From a virus: a stretch of 64,000 bases of DNA. Below are positions 7,919-16,049 of the stretch, piece after piece. Numbering within the stretch: the stretch's first letter is position 1; every line of letters begins with the position of its first letter. A model generated the notes under the pieces. That model saw nothing but the letters and a program-made list of their open reading frames with translations. It did not search any database and was not told where the DNA came from. The stretch is from the IMG/VR virus record IMGVR_UViG_3300030339_000006; one strand, given 5' to 3'. A program made the position numbers and the translations under genes.

Positions 7919-7980
7919 CACTAAGTTACTTTCTGAAATACCCCTTCCTCGTAAAATTCATTCAAGTAATGGAGGTTTCC

Positions 7981-8283
7981 ATGCGTGAATGGCTTATAAA
8001 ACTCTTAGGAGGAATTGTGGACGAAAAACCTGTAAGTGAACTGACCCCGATCGTTGACTCAGCCCCGGCTGACGTACCTGCACCGGTAACGGACTTCGAT
8101 AAAGTGAAGTCAGTCCTGGTACTGATCGACGCCGGTATCGACGAAGCCTATGATGACGCTCTGGCAATCGCCCAGAAAGTCGGTGGCGACGTGCAAGGCA
8201 AGCTCAAGGTGTTCCTGAACGTAGCCGGTTATGCCGTCCCTGCGTTTGACGACATCGTGGCTTTCATCAAGAAGCACGGTTAA
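7981..8283 (+). CDS. hypothetical protein
   Basis: GGAGG RBS, followed by terminator. Confidence 0.65.
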   Translation: MREWLIKLLGGIVDEKPVSELTPIVDSAPADVPAPVTDFDKVKSVLVLIDAGIDEAYDDALAIAQKVGGDVQGKLKVFLNVAGYAVPAFDDIVAFIKKHG

Positions 8284-8285
8284 GA

Positions 8286-8309
8286 AAAGGCTCCTCACGG
8301 GGCCTTTTT
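8286..8309 (+). terminator. rho-independent terminator
   Basis: AAAAGGCTCC-TCAC-GGGGCCTTTTT. Confidence 0.7.
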
Positions 8310-8343
8310 CATGTTATCCTCCTGATTCACACAGGAGATCACC

Positions 8344-8766
8344 ATGTTAATCATTTCTGCATTCCCGGGAACGGGTAAATCCTACTTCCACGAGAAGTTC
8401 CCTCACGTCGCCGACTCAGATTCGAGCCAGTTCGACAAACGTTACTTCCCAAGCAACTATCTCACCCACATTCAGAATCGCTACGAACGCGGTCTGTGCA
8501 CCTTCGTGTCCAGTCATGAAGCTGTCCGTAAGTCGATCATTTCGTCAGGCCTTCCTTTCATGCTGGTGTACCCGGCCAAGGAATGCAAAGCGGAATACCT
8601 GGAACGTTACCGTCTTCGTGGTTCCCCACAGGCCTTCATCGATCTGATCGACGCCAACTGGGACGCGTGGCTGGATGGCTGTGCCGCTGAACAGGCAGAA
8701 CACGTTGTGCTTAAGCCTGGCCAGTACCTCAGCGACGTCATCCAGTGGGGCTTCAGTTTGAAATAA
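8344..8766 (+). CDS. P-loop nucleotide kinase-like protein
   Basis: N-terminal ISAFPGTGKS Walker A; R..LRG lid. Confidence 0.75.
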   Translation: MLIISAFPGTGKSYFHEKFPHVADSDSSQFDKRYFPSNYLTHIQNRYERGLCTFVSSHEAVRKSIISSGLPFMLVYPAKECKAEYLERYRLRGSPQAFIDLIDANWDAWLDGCAAEQAEHVVLKPGQYLSDVIQWGFSLK

Positions 8767-8779
8767 AAGAGTGTCTCCT

Positions 8780-8787
8780 GGTATAAG
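8780..8787 (+). promoter_or_regulatory. GGTATAAG phage promoter motif
   Basis: GGTATAAGTAAGGTACAC. Confidence 0.65.
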
Positions 8788-8812
8788 TAAGGTACACAAC
8801 CAGGAGATCTTC

Positions 8813-9079
8813 ATGAAACTCACTCTGAAACAAAAAGGCCTTCGCCAATTCACCGTCCTGTTCCACCGTAAGAACGTCCACTCTTTCTATCTGCCGGAAG
8901 ACGAATCGCTGGCCTACGACCGTATCTACCAGATTCTCGATGAGACCGCCCCAACGCAGGACCCGGTAGACTTCTTCGATGGCATGCATGACGCCGGCAA
9001 CTCCCTGTTCCGGGCCTTCCGGGATAGACATCCGACGTCGTTCTACTGCGGGGCGGTGTGTCTCACTCTGGAGAAGTAG
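8813..9079 (+). CDS. hypothetical protein
   Basis: AGGAG RBS; ends in TAG. Confidence 0.6.
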   Translation: MKLTLKQKGLRQFTVLFHRKNVHSFYLPEDESLAYDRIYQILDETAPTQDPVDFFDGMHDAGNSLFRAFRDRHPTSFYCGAVCLTLEK

Positions 9080-9080
9080 T

Positions 9081-9587
9081 ATGCTCGAACACCTGCTTAG
9101 TCGTCACTATGACCCCGCTCGTTACCCGACGCAGTGGATCACCGACAACCAACTCGTCGTTCCGCTCTTTGATTTCATCGGGCGGCTTCGTGGCTGCCTG
9201 ACCTACACCCGAGATGCCCCGAAGGAGCACGAGAATCCCCGCTTGAAGCGGTATCTTCCTCGAGCACCGGCAGGGTATCAACCCCTCTGGGGTACTGAAC
9301 TCCCGGTGAAAACCGGAGTCGTTTTCCTGACGGAATCCATCTTCAAGTCCGCTTCGCTGCACGCCCTGGGGTATGACTCGTGGGCGGTCTGTTCGTCGGC
9401 CCTGTCGGATCCTCTCTACCAGCAGCTCATGACCCTGCCCTACCAGTTCGTCTGTCTGGGCGACGATGATAAAGCCGGTCGGGAGCTTGCCCGCTCGTTA
9501 AAGTACGGCGCCACCTCAAGGGACTTGGATGAGTTGACCGTCCCGGAGCGTCTGGCGGTGATAAAACAATTTGACTTCCTTTTTTGA
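9081..9587 (+). CDS. minimal TOPRIM-domain (DnaG primase-like) protein
   Basis: VVPLFD..G.L.G, KRY, FLTESIF, GDDDKAG, DLDE. Confidence 0.75.
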   Translation: MLEHLLSRHYDPARYPTQWITDNQLVVPLFDFIGRLRGCLTYTRDAPKEHENPRLKRYLPRAPAGYQPLWGTELPVKTGVVFLTESIFKSASLHALGYDSWAVCSSALSDPLYQQLMTLPYQFVCLGDDDKAGRELARSLKYGATSRDLDELTVPERLAVIKQFDFLF

Positions 9588-9599
9588 TTCCCTTAAACT
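9571..9599 (+). promoter_or_regulatory. sigma70-like promoter for tRNA cluster
   Basis: TTGACT-17-TAAACT immediately before tRNA-Tyr. Confidence 0.65.
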
Positions 9600-9608
9600 T
9601 CAGTCACT

Positions 9609-9690
9609 GGGGGATTGGCAGAGCGGTCGAATGCGCCTGACTGTAAATCAGGTATCCCACACGGTGGTTCAAATCCATCATCCCCCACCA
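9609..9690 (+). tRNA. tRNA-Tyr(GUA)
   Basis: CT-GTA-AA loop, ACCA. Confidence 0.9.
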
Positions 9691-9691
9691 T

Positions 9692-9766
9692 TGGAGTGTA
9701 GCCAAGCGGAAAGGCACTGGTCTCTGAAGCCGGTATGCGGTGGTTCGATCCCACCCACTCCAGCCA
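9692..9766 (+). tRNA. tRNA-Gln(CUG)
   Basis: U1-A72, CT-CTG-AA loop, GCCA. Confidence 0.9.
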
Positions 9767-9768
9767 TC

Positions 9769-9854
9769 GCAGGAATGATGGAAAGTAGACATAGGCATCG
9801 TCGGATGTCTTGCCGGTTGGCATTGGGAGGTTAGAGTCCTCTCTTCCTGCACCA
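9769..9854 (+). ncRNA. tRNA-Leu-like RNA with anticodon loop replaced by tetraloop
   Basis: GCAGGAA/TTCCTGC, AGGCATC-GTCG-GATGTCT, TGCC/GGCA variable arm, T arm, ACCA. Confidence 0.7.
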
Positions 9855-9858
9855 CTTT

Positions 9859-9939
9859 TGAAGAAGATAGTCGGACTGGTTGCACCAGGCGGAAAATTAG
9901 CAGACATTGGGTTCGAGTCCCTACTTGCTATCTTCTTCA
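9859..9939 (+). ncRNA. long-stem RNA carrying a T-loop arm
   Basis: TGAAGAAGATAG/CTATCTTCTTCA 12-bp stem enclosing GGG-TTCGAGT-CCC. Confidence 0.55.
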
Positions 9940-9948
9940 CCTAACGAT

Positions 9949-10023
9949 TGGGGTTTAGTTTAGTTGGTAAAACACCGGGCTTTGATCCCGGTATCGGGGG
10001 TTCGATCCCCTCAACCCCTGCCA
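9949..10023 (+). tRNA. tRNA-Gln(UUG)
   Basis: CT-TTG-AT loop, GCCA. Confidence 0.9.
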
Positions 10024-10032
10024 CGAGGATTT

Positions 10033-10227
10033 ATGATAATCTCCCTAACCATCTTCATTTTATCGTTCATCGCTATACTTGCGGCTATCTCTGCAGGTAC
10101 TTACTTTGGTATGAAGCACCAAGGATGTACTCCTCAGCAGGCTCATGTTGCGACCAAGATCGTACTGTATTCTGTGGCGATTACTTTCATGCTCATCAAC
10201 CAGTTAGGCCCTATCCACATACTGTGA
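10033..10227 (+). CDS. small membrane protein
   Basis: Two hydrophobic segments, GAGG RBS. Confidence 0.55.
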   Translation: MIISLTIFILSFIAILAAISAGTYFGMKHQGCTPQQAHVATKIVLYSVAITFMLINQLGPIHIL

Positions 10228-10234
10228 GGTTCTT

Positions 10235-10432
10235 ATGGCTATCGTCGGTTTCATCATCTGCTTTATCTTCAGTTTGATCATCACTCTCGTCCTCCCTTTC
10301 TTCTGCGTCATCGGTGCTGCCTTCAGTGGTAAATCCGGAGAAGGCTGGTGGGCCCTTGTACCATTCGCCATCGGGTGCGGTTTACTCTACCTGACTATCG
10401 CTAATTCTCCGTTCCATATCGCCATCTCGTAA
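10235..10432 (+). CDS. small membrane protein
   Basis: Two hydrophobic segments, GAGG RBS. Confidence 0.6.
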   Translation: MAIVGFIICFIFSLIITLVLPFFCVIGAAFSGKSGEGWWALVPFAIGCGLLYLTIANSPFHIAIS

Positions 10433-10433
10433 T

Positions 10434-10441
10434 GGTATAAG
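10434..10441 (+). promoter_or_regulatory. GGTATAAG phage promoter motif
   Basis: GGTATAAGTAATGTGAG. Confidence 0.6.
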
Positions 10442-10451
10442 TAATGTGAGA

Positions 10452-10524
10452 AAGACAAGTAGCTCAACTGGTTAGAGCATAATCATACCCGATTAGTGTT
10501 GGGGGTTCGAGTCCCCCCTGTCTT
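10452..10524 (+). ncRNA. tRNA-like RNA / pseudo-tRNA with 6-nt anticodon loop, no CCA
   Basis: Canonical D arm and T arm; TAATC-ATACCC-GATTA. Confidence 0.65.
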
Positions 10525-10555
10525 AGCTTTAAAATCTCCCTATTAGGAGAACTTC

Positions 10556-11332
10556 ATGGAAAAAGAATCTGGCTTCATCATGACCGCCCTCGGTGGCCAC
10601 GCCCTGCAGAACATCGCCGGGGCGAAACTCGTTAAATCAAAAAGCTTTATCACGGATACCGCCAAGCATTTGACTGCTGGAGCACTGGGGCGTAATGGCC
10701 GTAATGGTACTCTGAAGGAAGGCTTGAAGACGGCAGTGACCAGTGTCGGTGTGCCGGAAGCGGTAATGGCTCACAACCGTGCGTATGCTGCAGGACAGGG
10801 ATTACACCATCGAGCCAAAGCTCTCGGGGTTAACCTGGAGAATCTTGGTCGTCGTGACGTCGCGAAAATGCGAATGGCAGCAGAAGGCCGTCTTCCGGAG
10901 AAACACCGCACACCTCTCACGGACCGAGCTCGAGATCTCTTGAAGGGTAATCACCTTCCGAAGAAGACGTTGAAGGCCGGGCACATTAAGGAGATTATGA
11001 AGCGTCCTGCAGGTAACCTTAAGCCCCACAGCACCAAGGCAATCGTCGCTGGGAACGCCGTAGCGTCGGTAGCAGAACCGGGAATCGGGGTGTTAAACGC
11101 CGCTAAGTTTGCGACGGAGCACAAGGGCTTCCAGAAAACCCGAGTGGGTAAATACATCGAGCACAACTTCGTGCACAAACCGTTGACCGACGCCTTTAAG
11201 AAAGGTGCGACAGGCCAGGCGGTGAATAAGGCGAAGGAGTTGGGCTACAAATATGGCGTCAACGGGGCCGTTGGTGAAGCAATCTCACAGGCTCATAAGG
11301 CCGGGGCTAAAGCAGTCGGGAGAGTAAAATGA
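10556..11332 (+). CDS. basic Gly/Ala/Lys-rich protein, putative internal virion protein
   Basis: Composition shared with 12254-14867 and 19400; starts MEKESG. Confidence 0.6.
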   Translation: MEKESGFIMTALGGHALQNIAGAKLVKSKSFITDTAKHLTAGALGRNGRNGTLKEGLKTAVTSVGVPEAVMAHNRAYAAGQGLHHRAKALGVNLENLGRRDVAKMRMAAEGRLPEKHRTPLTDRARDLLKGNHLPKKTLKAGHIKEIMKRPAGNLKPHSTKAIVAGNAVASVAEPGIGVLNAAKFATEHKGFQKTRVGKYIEHNFVHKPLTDAFKKGATGQAVNKAKELGYKYGVNGAVGEAISQAHKAGAKAVGRVK

Positions 11333-11384
11333 CAGGCATCGGGATTATCGCAGTAGCCATCATCATCGTCTGGTGGTGGAATCG

Positions 11385-11531
11385 ATGAGCTACGAACATA
11401 AACGTGGTGACATCAAGGAGAGCGCCGTAAAGGCGCTACTCTTCGACCCTCTTTTTAGACAGCGAATTGTGGTGGCTAAGAAGGGGAAGGGGTCCTATCG
11501 CCGTGTCAAAGCGGCAAAGGCTTACCCATAA
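11385..11531 (+). CDS. arfA: alternative ribosome rescue factor A (48 aa)
   Basis: Hand-translated [40 protein letters not shown] matches ArfA signature DPLFRQR...KKGKGSY.R. Confidence 0.9.
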   Translation: MSYEHKRGDIKESAVKALLFDPLFRQRIVVAKKGKGSYRRVKAAKAYP

Positions 11532-11682
11532 ACTTCGTGATCTTCGGCGGCTTGAATCCTACGGTCGCCTTAACCTTTTCAACCAGCTGACTCACTGAGC
11601 CCTGGCGGATCGCCTTCGGTCCCGGGATCACCGAGTTCGAAGCGACATTGTAATTCTGCGTGTAACGTGCGGGATTAATCAT
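11506..11682 (-). CDS. small hypothetical protein (58 aa), convergent with arfA
   Basis: GGAGG RBS; [23 protein letters not shown]... Confidence 0.5.
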   Translation of the reverse strand: MINPARYTQNYNVASNSVIPGPKAIRQGSVSQLVEKVKATVGFKPPKITKFMGKPLPL

Positions 11683-11747
11683 AGCGTACCTCCAAATTGA
11701 TTTTACCCTGCCGTCAGTGTATAGTCGAGTAAAACAGGAGGCCTCCT

Positions 11748-12254
11748 ATGCTGCAACACATGCTCGTCACTGGATTCGAATGCTCTAACGTCGCCAATCC
11801 AGAAACCGTCACCAAAATCACTGACTTCTCTTCAGCATCCGCCTGCACCGATGCCCTACTCGCTGTCCTGGCTGAAAAGCCCGGCAACTTCGTGTCTGTC
11901 TACATCGAGCTGTACAAAGAGTTAGAAAACGCCCATCCCTGGGACGAAATCATCATTCGCTACGCCTTTACCGGCGACCCCAATATCCTGATGTGCTCCA
12001 TCATGGATTACGAGGGGGTGAGCCTCACCCAGGGTTTCTTCATCAGCATCAACCGGGAGACGAGAAAACTCGGTGGATTACGCTCAGATGGACGTTCTGA
12101 CGACGACGCGAAGGACGAAGTGATTAAAATCATCAAGGAATACGGAATGCACATCGACAGCGGAGTCCGCTGGAGTGCCTTCCTGCTGCATCAGTATCTG
12201 AGCGGCAACCTCGATAATTACTTCTCAGAAGAACGCTACATGGAGATCCACTAA
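11748..12254 (+). CDS. hypothetical protein
   Basis: AGGAGG RBS. Confidence 0.7.
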   Translation: MLQHMLVTGFECSNVANPETVTKITDFSSASACTDALLAVLAEKPGNFVSVYIELYKELENAHPWDEIIIRYAFTGDPNILMCSIMDYEGVSLTQGFFISINRETRKLGGLRSDGRSDDDAKDEVIKIIKEYGMHIDSGVRWSAFLLHQYLSGNLDNYFSEERYMEIH

Positions 12255-13912
12255 TGACTGAGACCACCAAGACTCTTCACCAACGTGTGTCGAGCCTGAT
12301 CAAGAACCCGAAGCGTGTCAAGGGTGTGATCAAAGAAGCCGGCGTGCGTTTCGTACCGCCATCCCATTACCTTAAAGGTAAGAACGTTGCTGAGGCAGCG
12401 GAAAAGATCAAACAACTAAAAGCCCCGAAAGGGCTCAACGGAGAGACGCCAGTGCCTGGAGCATCTAAGTTTTTCAAAGAAGCAAGCCTGCTTGATACCG
12501 CTCGCGGTCTGATCAAAGCGGCCAAAGATGAAGCGGCCAAGGGTGCTGCAGCCGGTGCCGCTATCGGTGCGGCGAGTACGGCCGGCAAGATTTACAACGG
12601 CAAGCGCATTCTTGAACGCGGTGCAACGGCCCGTGGCGGTGTAGCGAATCCTAAGACGATCGCCCGCCTGGCCAAGACTAAGCTGAAACGCTCCATCCCA
12701 GGGATTGCCGGGGCAGCCGCTATCGGTGCCGCCGCCGGAGCTGCGATCAAAGGAATGAAGAAGGAAGCCAGTATCGCATCCACTGCTAACCGTGCCGGGC
12801 GTGCGGTAGAAGCCTTCAAGGCTCGTACTAAGATGAAACCGGTCTTCGAAATGGCTGACGTGAAGGGTAAAGCGAAGGCGGCCCTGAAGAAAGCTGTCGT
12901 TCCTGCTGCTGTCCTGGCCGGTGGCGTTGCTGTCACTAAGAAGAACGAGAGCATGAAGAAGGAAGCTTCTGAACTCGTGATGAAAGATGGCAAGAAGTAC
13001 CGTAAAGGTACCGTTGCATCTGCGGCGAATAAGGTCGGTACTGCCGGTGCCGTTCTCGGTGCCATAAAGGGTAAGGGTATCAAGCAGATTGCCAAGGGTG
13101 CTCTGAGTGGTTCCGTTCTCGGCGGTGGCTACGGTACTCTGCGTGGGGCCAACCGTATCCGTAAGGGTGAGATCTCTCTGGATAAGAAGGAAATGTCCCA
13201 GCTGACCAAGAAGGCGGCGGAGAAGTTGACCCACAAGGGTGTGACTTACCGTCGTGGTACCGTCGGTTCTGCCGCTAAGAAAATGGCAGTCGGCGGTGCA
13301 GCTCTCGGTGCTGGTGTAGGTATGGCAGGTATGGGCCCTGCCGGTGGCGCCATGGCCGTCCCGGGAGCTGCTCAGGGTGCCGTTACCGGGGCGCTGTACG
13401 GCCTGGCCCGCGGTGTCCTGCGTGCTCAGAAGGGTGAGCGCTCAATGGCTCCGGCCGAGTTTGACCGTTTGAAACACCGTCTGACCAAGGAGGCGGCGGA
13501 GTTGATAATTCGCGACGGGAAAAAGTACCGTAAGGGCAACGATGCTTCTGCAACGGCCTTAATGGGGGGTATCAATGCCACCCTTGCAGTTCCTAACGCG
13601 GTTAAAACTGTGCAGCAACACCGTACAGCGGGGATTAAGGTCCCTACTAAAGCAATAGCGAAATACCTCGGAGCGGCTACTGCTGCTGGGGCTGCAACGG
13701 GTTACATCTACTCCAAGGTCCGTGGAATCGGTCGTGATCGTCGAGGCGAAACCTCTGTATCCCACACTCGTTTCCAAGAGCTGAAGAAGAAAGCGGAACT
13801 CTCCGTCGGTGACAAGGGTACCGAAGAGATGAAGAAGGTTGTTAAATCCGGTGGTAAATCAGGCAAGATGGCCCAAATGAAAGGGTCTGATAAAGGTCCT
13901 AAGGGGGCATAA
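12254..13912 (+). CDS. Gly/Ala/Lys-rich modular polyprotein with repeated K-[EK]-A junctions
   Basis: KEAG, KEAS, KKEAS x2, KKAAE, KEAAE, KKAE; three ~90-aa G.Y R.G...RG..R.G E.S repeats. Confidence 0.75.
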   Translation: MTETTKTLHQRVSSLIKNPKRVKGVIKEAGVRFVPPSHYLKGKNVAEAAEKIKQLKAPKGLNGETPVPGASKFFKEASLLDTARGLIKAAKDEAAKGAAAGAAIGAASTAGKIYNGKRILERGATARGGVANPKTIARLAKTKLKRSIPGIAGAAAIGAAAGAAIKGMKKEASIASTANRAGRAVEAFKARTKMKPVFEMADVKGKAKAALKKAVVPAAVLAGGVAVTKKNESMKKEASELVMKDGKKYRKGTVASAANKVGTAGAVLGAIKGKGIKQIAKGALSGSVLGGGYGTLRGANRIRKGEISLDKKEMSQLTKKAAEKLTHKGVTYRRGTVGSAAKKMAVGGAALGAGVGMAGMGPAGGAMAVPGAAQGAVTGALYGLARGVLRAQKGERSMAPAEFDRLKHRLTKEAAELIIRDGKKYRKGNDASATALMGGINATLAVPNAVKTVQQHRTAGIKVPTKAIAKYLGAATAAGAATGYIYSKVRGIGRDRRGETSVSHTRFQELKKKAELSVGDKGTEEMKKVVKSGGKSGKMAQMKGSDKGPKGA

Positions 13913-14550
13913 TGAAAGACAGTGATAAGGCAGTAGCCGGCGGGGCCGCAGCAGTGGTCCTCGGACATAAAGCACCGAAGAATATCCTGGGTTACGAGAA
14001 GGTTCACCACGGCACCAGTACAGAAGCTGCGGCCAGTATTCGTAAGACTGGTCTGCAGAAGAGCAAGTCGGGTACCGGTGTGTCAGCTAACGATGCAGCG
14101 ATCGGTCGTGCCAAGATTGAAGAACTGAAGGGTAAAGTCTATACCGCCAAGATCAAGGCGACGGCGGATGCCCACCAGCCCGGCTTCCTGGGCCACAAGA
14201 TGGGTGATACGGTCACTGCCCGTGTTCCTTATCGTGCTCCTCACCGCCTGGCGAAGGATAAAGTCTTCTCAGACCTGGTTGACCAAGCGAAGGGTGCGGA
14301 GAAGACCTCTGGGAAACATCAGCTGAAGAATCTGCGTATCTACAAGCACTCTATCCACCAGCGTTTCATCGAAGGGCCGGAGTATAAGGGTACCAAGCAG
14401 TTCGCCACCAAGGGCAACATCCGTCGTTATCTCGGTCAGGCCGGCGGTAAAGCCCGCTTCGCCAAGGGTGTCGCTCAGGCGGTAGGTGCCGGAGCTTCCG
14501 GTCTCTACGCTGCCGCTCACGCTCTGAAGGCGGCTAAGGAGAAAGTGTGA
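13912..14550 (+). CDS. ART/Tpt1-fold-like protein with Gly/Ala-rich flanks
   Basis: VHHGTS...SIRKTGL, GKVYT, IHQRFI. Confidence 0.55.
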   Translation: MKDSDKAVAGGAAAVVLGHKAPKNILGYEKVHHGTSTEAAASIRKTGLQKSKSGTGVSANDAAIGRAKIEELKGKVYTAKIKATADAHQPGFLGHKMGDTVTARVPYRAPHRLAKDKVFSDLVDQAKGAEKTSGKHQLKNLRIYKHSIHQRFIEGPEYKGTKQFATKGNIRRYLGQAGGKARFAKGVAQAVGAGASGLYAAAHALKAAKEKV

Positions 14551-14867
14551 GTCTATACGATATTGCCCTAGGTATCCTCAAAGAGGCCGCCAATATCGAG
14601 GAGTTGAAAAAACAGCGGGATAAAGGACGGGGTAAGATTCTCGGCAGTGCCGCTACTATGGGCATTCTCCCCGCAGTAATTGGCACTCAGGTGGCAGCGT
14701 ATGATGTGGGTCTGAAGAAACTACCGAGCCGGGAGGGCATAAAGGCCATTGCCCGTCACGGTAAAGGTTCTGCCAAGATGATGGGGAAATACATAGCCCC
14801 GATGGCAGGGGCAGCCACCCTTATCAACGAAGCTCGTTATCATATCCGTAAGCGTAAAGCTGATTGA
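14547..14867 (+). CDS. Gly/Ala/Lys-rich protein with KEAA motif
   Basis: LKEAAN then amphipathic module. Confidence 0.6.
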   Translation: MSLYDIALGILKEAANIEELKKQRDKGRGKILGSAATMGILPAVIGTQVAAYDVGLKKLPSREGIKAIARHGKGSAKMMGKYIAPMAGAATLINEARYHIRKRKAD

Positions 14868-14920
14868 TCTTGTAAAAGGTTAGCCCTTGGTTCATACTGA
14901 GGGCTCAACCTGGAGAACCT

Positions 14921-15148
14921 ATGAAAGACCAACACACTCTGATTAAGGGCTACCGCGACCTCACAGCGGACGACATCGAGCAGATGAACCAGATCAAGTC
15001 AGCCGGTAACGCACTGGGTGCCCTGATTGAAGCACTGCAGGAACTGGACGGCTTCGACCAACGCTTCATCGCACTGGGCAAGAGCGACATTCAGAAAGGC
15101 CTGGCGATGGTCATCCGCGGTATCGCACAACCGTCGACCTTCTGCTAA
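14921..15148 (+). CDS. acb2: anti-CBASS sponge Acb2-like protein
   Basis: QH..IKGYRDL...I..MN.IK...R..A.GK.DIQ.G....IR.IAQP..F. Confidence 0.85.
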   Translation: MKDQHTLIKGYRDLTADDIEQMNQIKSAGNALGALIEALQELDGFDQRFIALGKSDIQKGLAMVIRGIAQPSTFC

Positions 15149-15467
15149 TGGAGTGGTGGATGGTGTGCAACCTGATTCTCGCTGTCGGTATTCTCCTTAT
15201 GATGATCTACAGCGATCTGATGGAGGCCAACATCAAGTATCGCCAGACCGGAGACAGCACTCCGATCAAAGAAGAAGTCGTTTGGTGGGCATTCCTCATC
15301 ATACTGTTTAGCTAAGGCCCTCCGGGGCCTTTTTTGGAGCTATCATGACCCTTACCTGGACACTGGCGATCATCGCCTTGATAATTATTTTGATCATCAT
15401 AATCGGCTATCCACAAGTCTTTCTCATCATCGGGGATATCCTTTCCATCTTTTTTGATTAAAACCTG

Positions 15468-15496
15468 TTGACAGTTTTGAGTGGGTTAGTTAAAGT
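15468..15496 (+). promoter_or_regulatory. sigma70-like promoter for tRNA cluster
   Basis: TTGACA-17-TAAAGT, inverted repeat over -10. Confidence 0.7.
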
Positions 15497-15666
15497 TAAC
15501 CCATCGCTCCCCGGTAGCTGGGAGCCTAAATGTTGAGGAGCCCAGTACGTGGACCTTCTCTGATAAGCTGCTAGACAGGGTTTGTAATCGAGGTTTTCTG
15601 CTTTTCCCTTGGTTAATTTTTCCCATATCGTCAGTAGCCCCGCTGATGTCGAAAGAGGGGCTTTAT

Positions 15667-15742
15667 GGTTCTGTAGCTCAGCGGTTAGAGCGCTCGCCTG
15701 TTAAGCGAGGGGTCGGTGGTTCGAATCCACCCAGTTCCGCCA
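15667..15742 (+). tRNA. tRNA-Asn(GUU)
   Basis: CT-GTT-AA loop, GCCA; two U-U pairs in acceptor. Confidence 0.85.
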
Positions 15743-15801
15743 ATTTAGGAGGATCGATGTTAACATCAGAACAGTGTCGATCTTACGAGAAGTTTTGTGT
15801 A

Positions 15802-15886
15802 GGGGCGGTGGCGAAATTGGTAGACGCACCGGATTTAGGTTCCGACGGGGAAACCCGTGAGAGTTCGAGTCTCTCCCGCCCCACCA
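15802..15886 (+). tRNA. tRNA-Leu(UAG)
   Basis: TT-TAG-GT loop, variable arm, ACCA. Confidence 0.9.
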
Positions 15887-15968
15887 GAGTTCATATGGCT
15901 ACATACCTTTGCGTCCGAACCTCGCCAGAGGTCGAGTCTACTCTGTCGGTGTGGCGCCATATGAATTC
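15887..15968 (+). ncRNA. long-stem structured RNA between tRNAs
   Basis: GAGTTCATATGGC/GCCATATGAATTC 13-bp stem with internal hairpins. Confidence 0.5.
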
Positions 15969-15971
15969 TTC

Positions 15972-16047
15972 GCCTTTATAGCTCAGTTGGTAGAGCAACC
16001 GCCTTGTAAGCGGTAGGTCCTGGGTTCGAAGCCTAGTGAGGGCACCA
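15972..16047 (+). tRNA. tRNA-Thr(UGU)
   Basis: CT-TGT-AA loop, ACCA. Confidence 0.9.
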
Positions 16048-16049
16048 AT

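Noticed and set aside
12367-13777. Long antisense ORFs opposite the polyprotein and other genes (e.g. 60063-61010, 42450-43079)
   Set aside because: Shadow frames produced by codon bias of the real gene on the other strand
15636-15663. Hammerhead ribozyme (CTGATG...GAAA)
   Set aside because: No stem II between the motifs and the core consensus is incomplete
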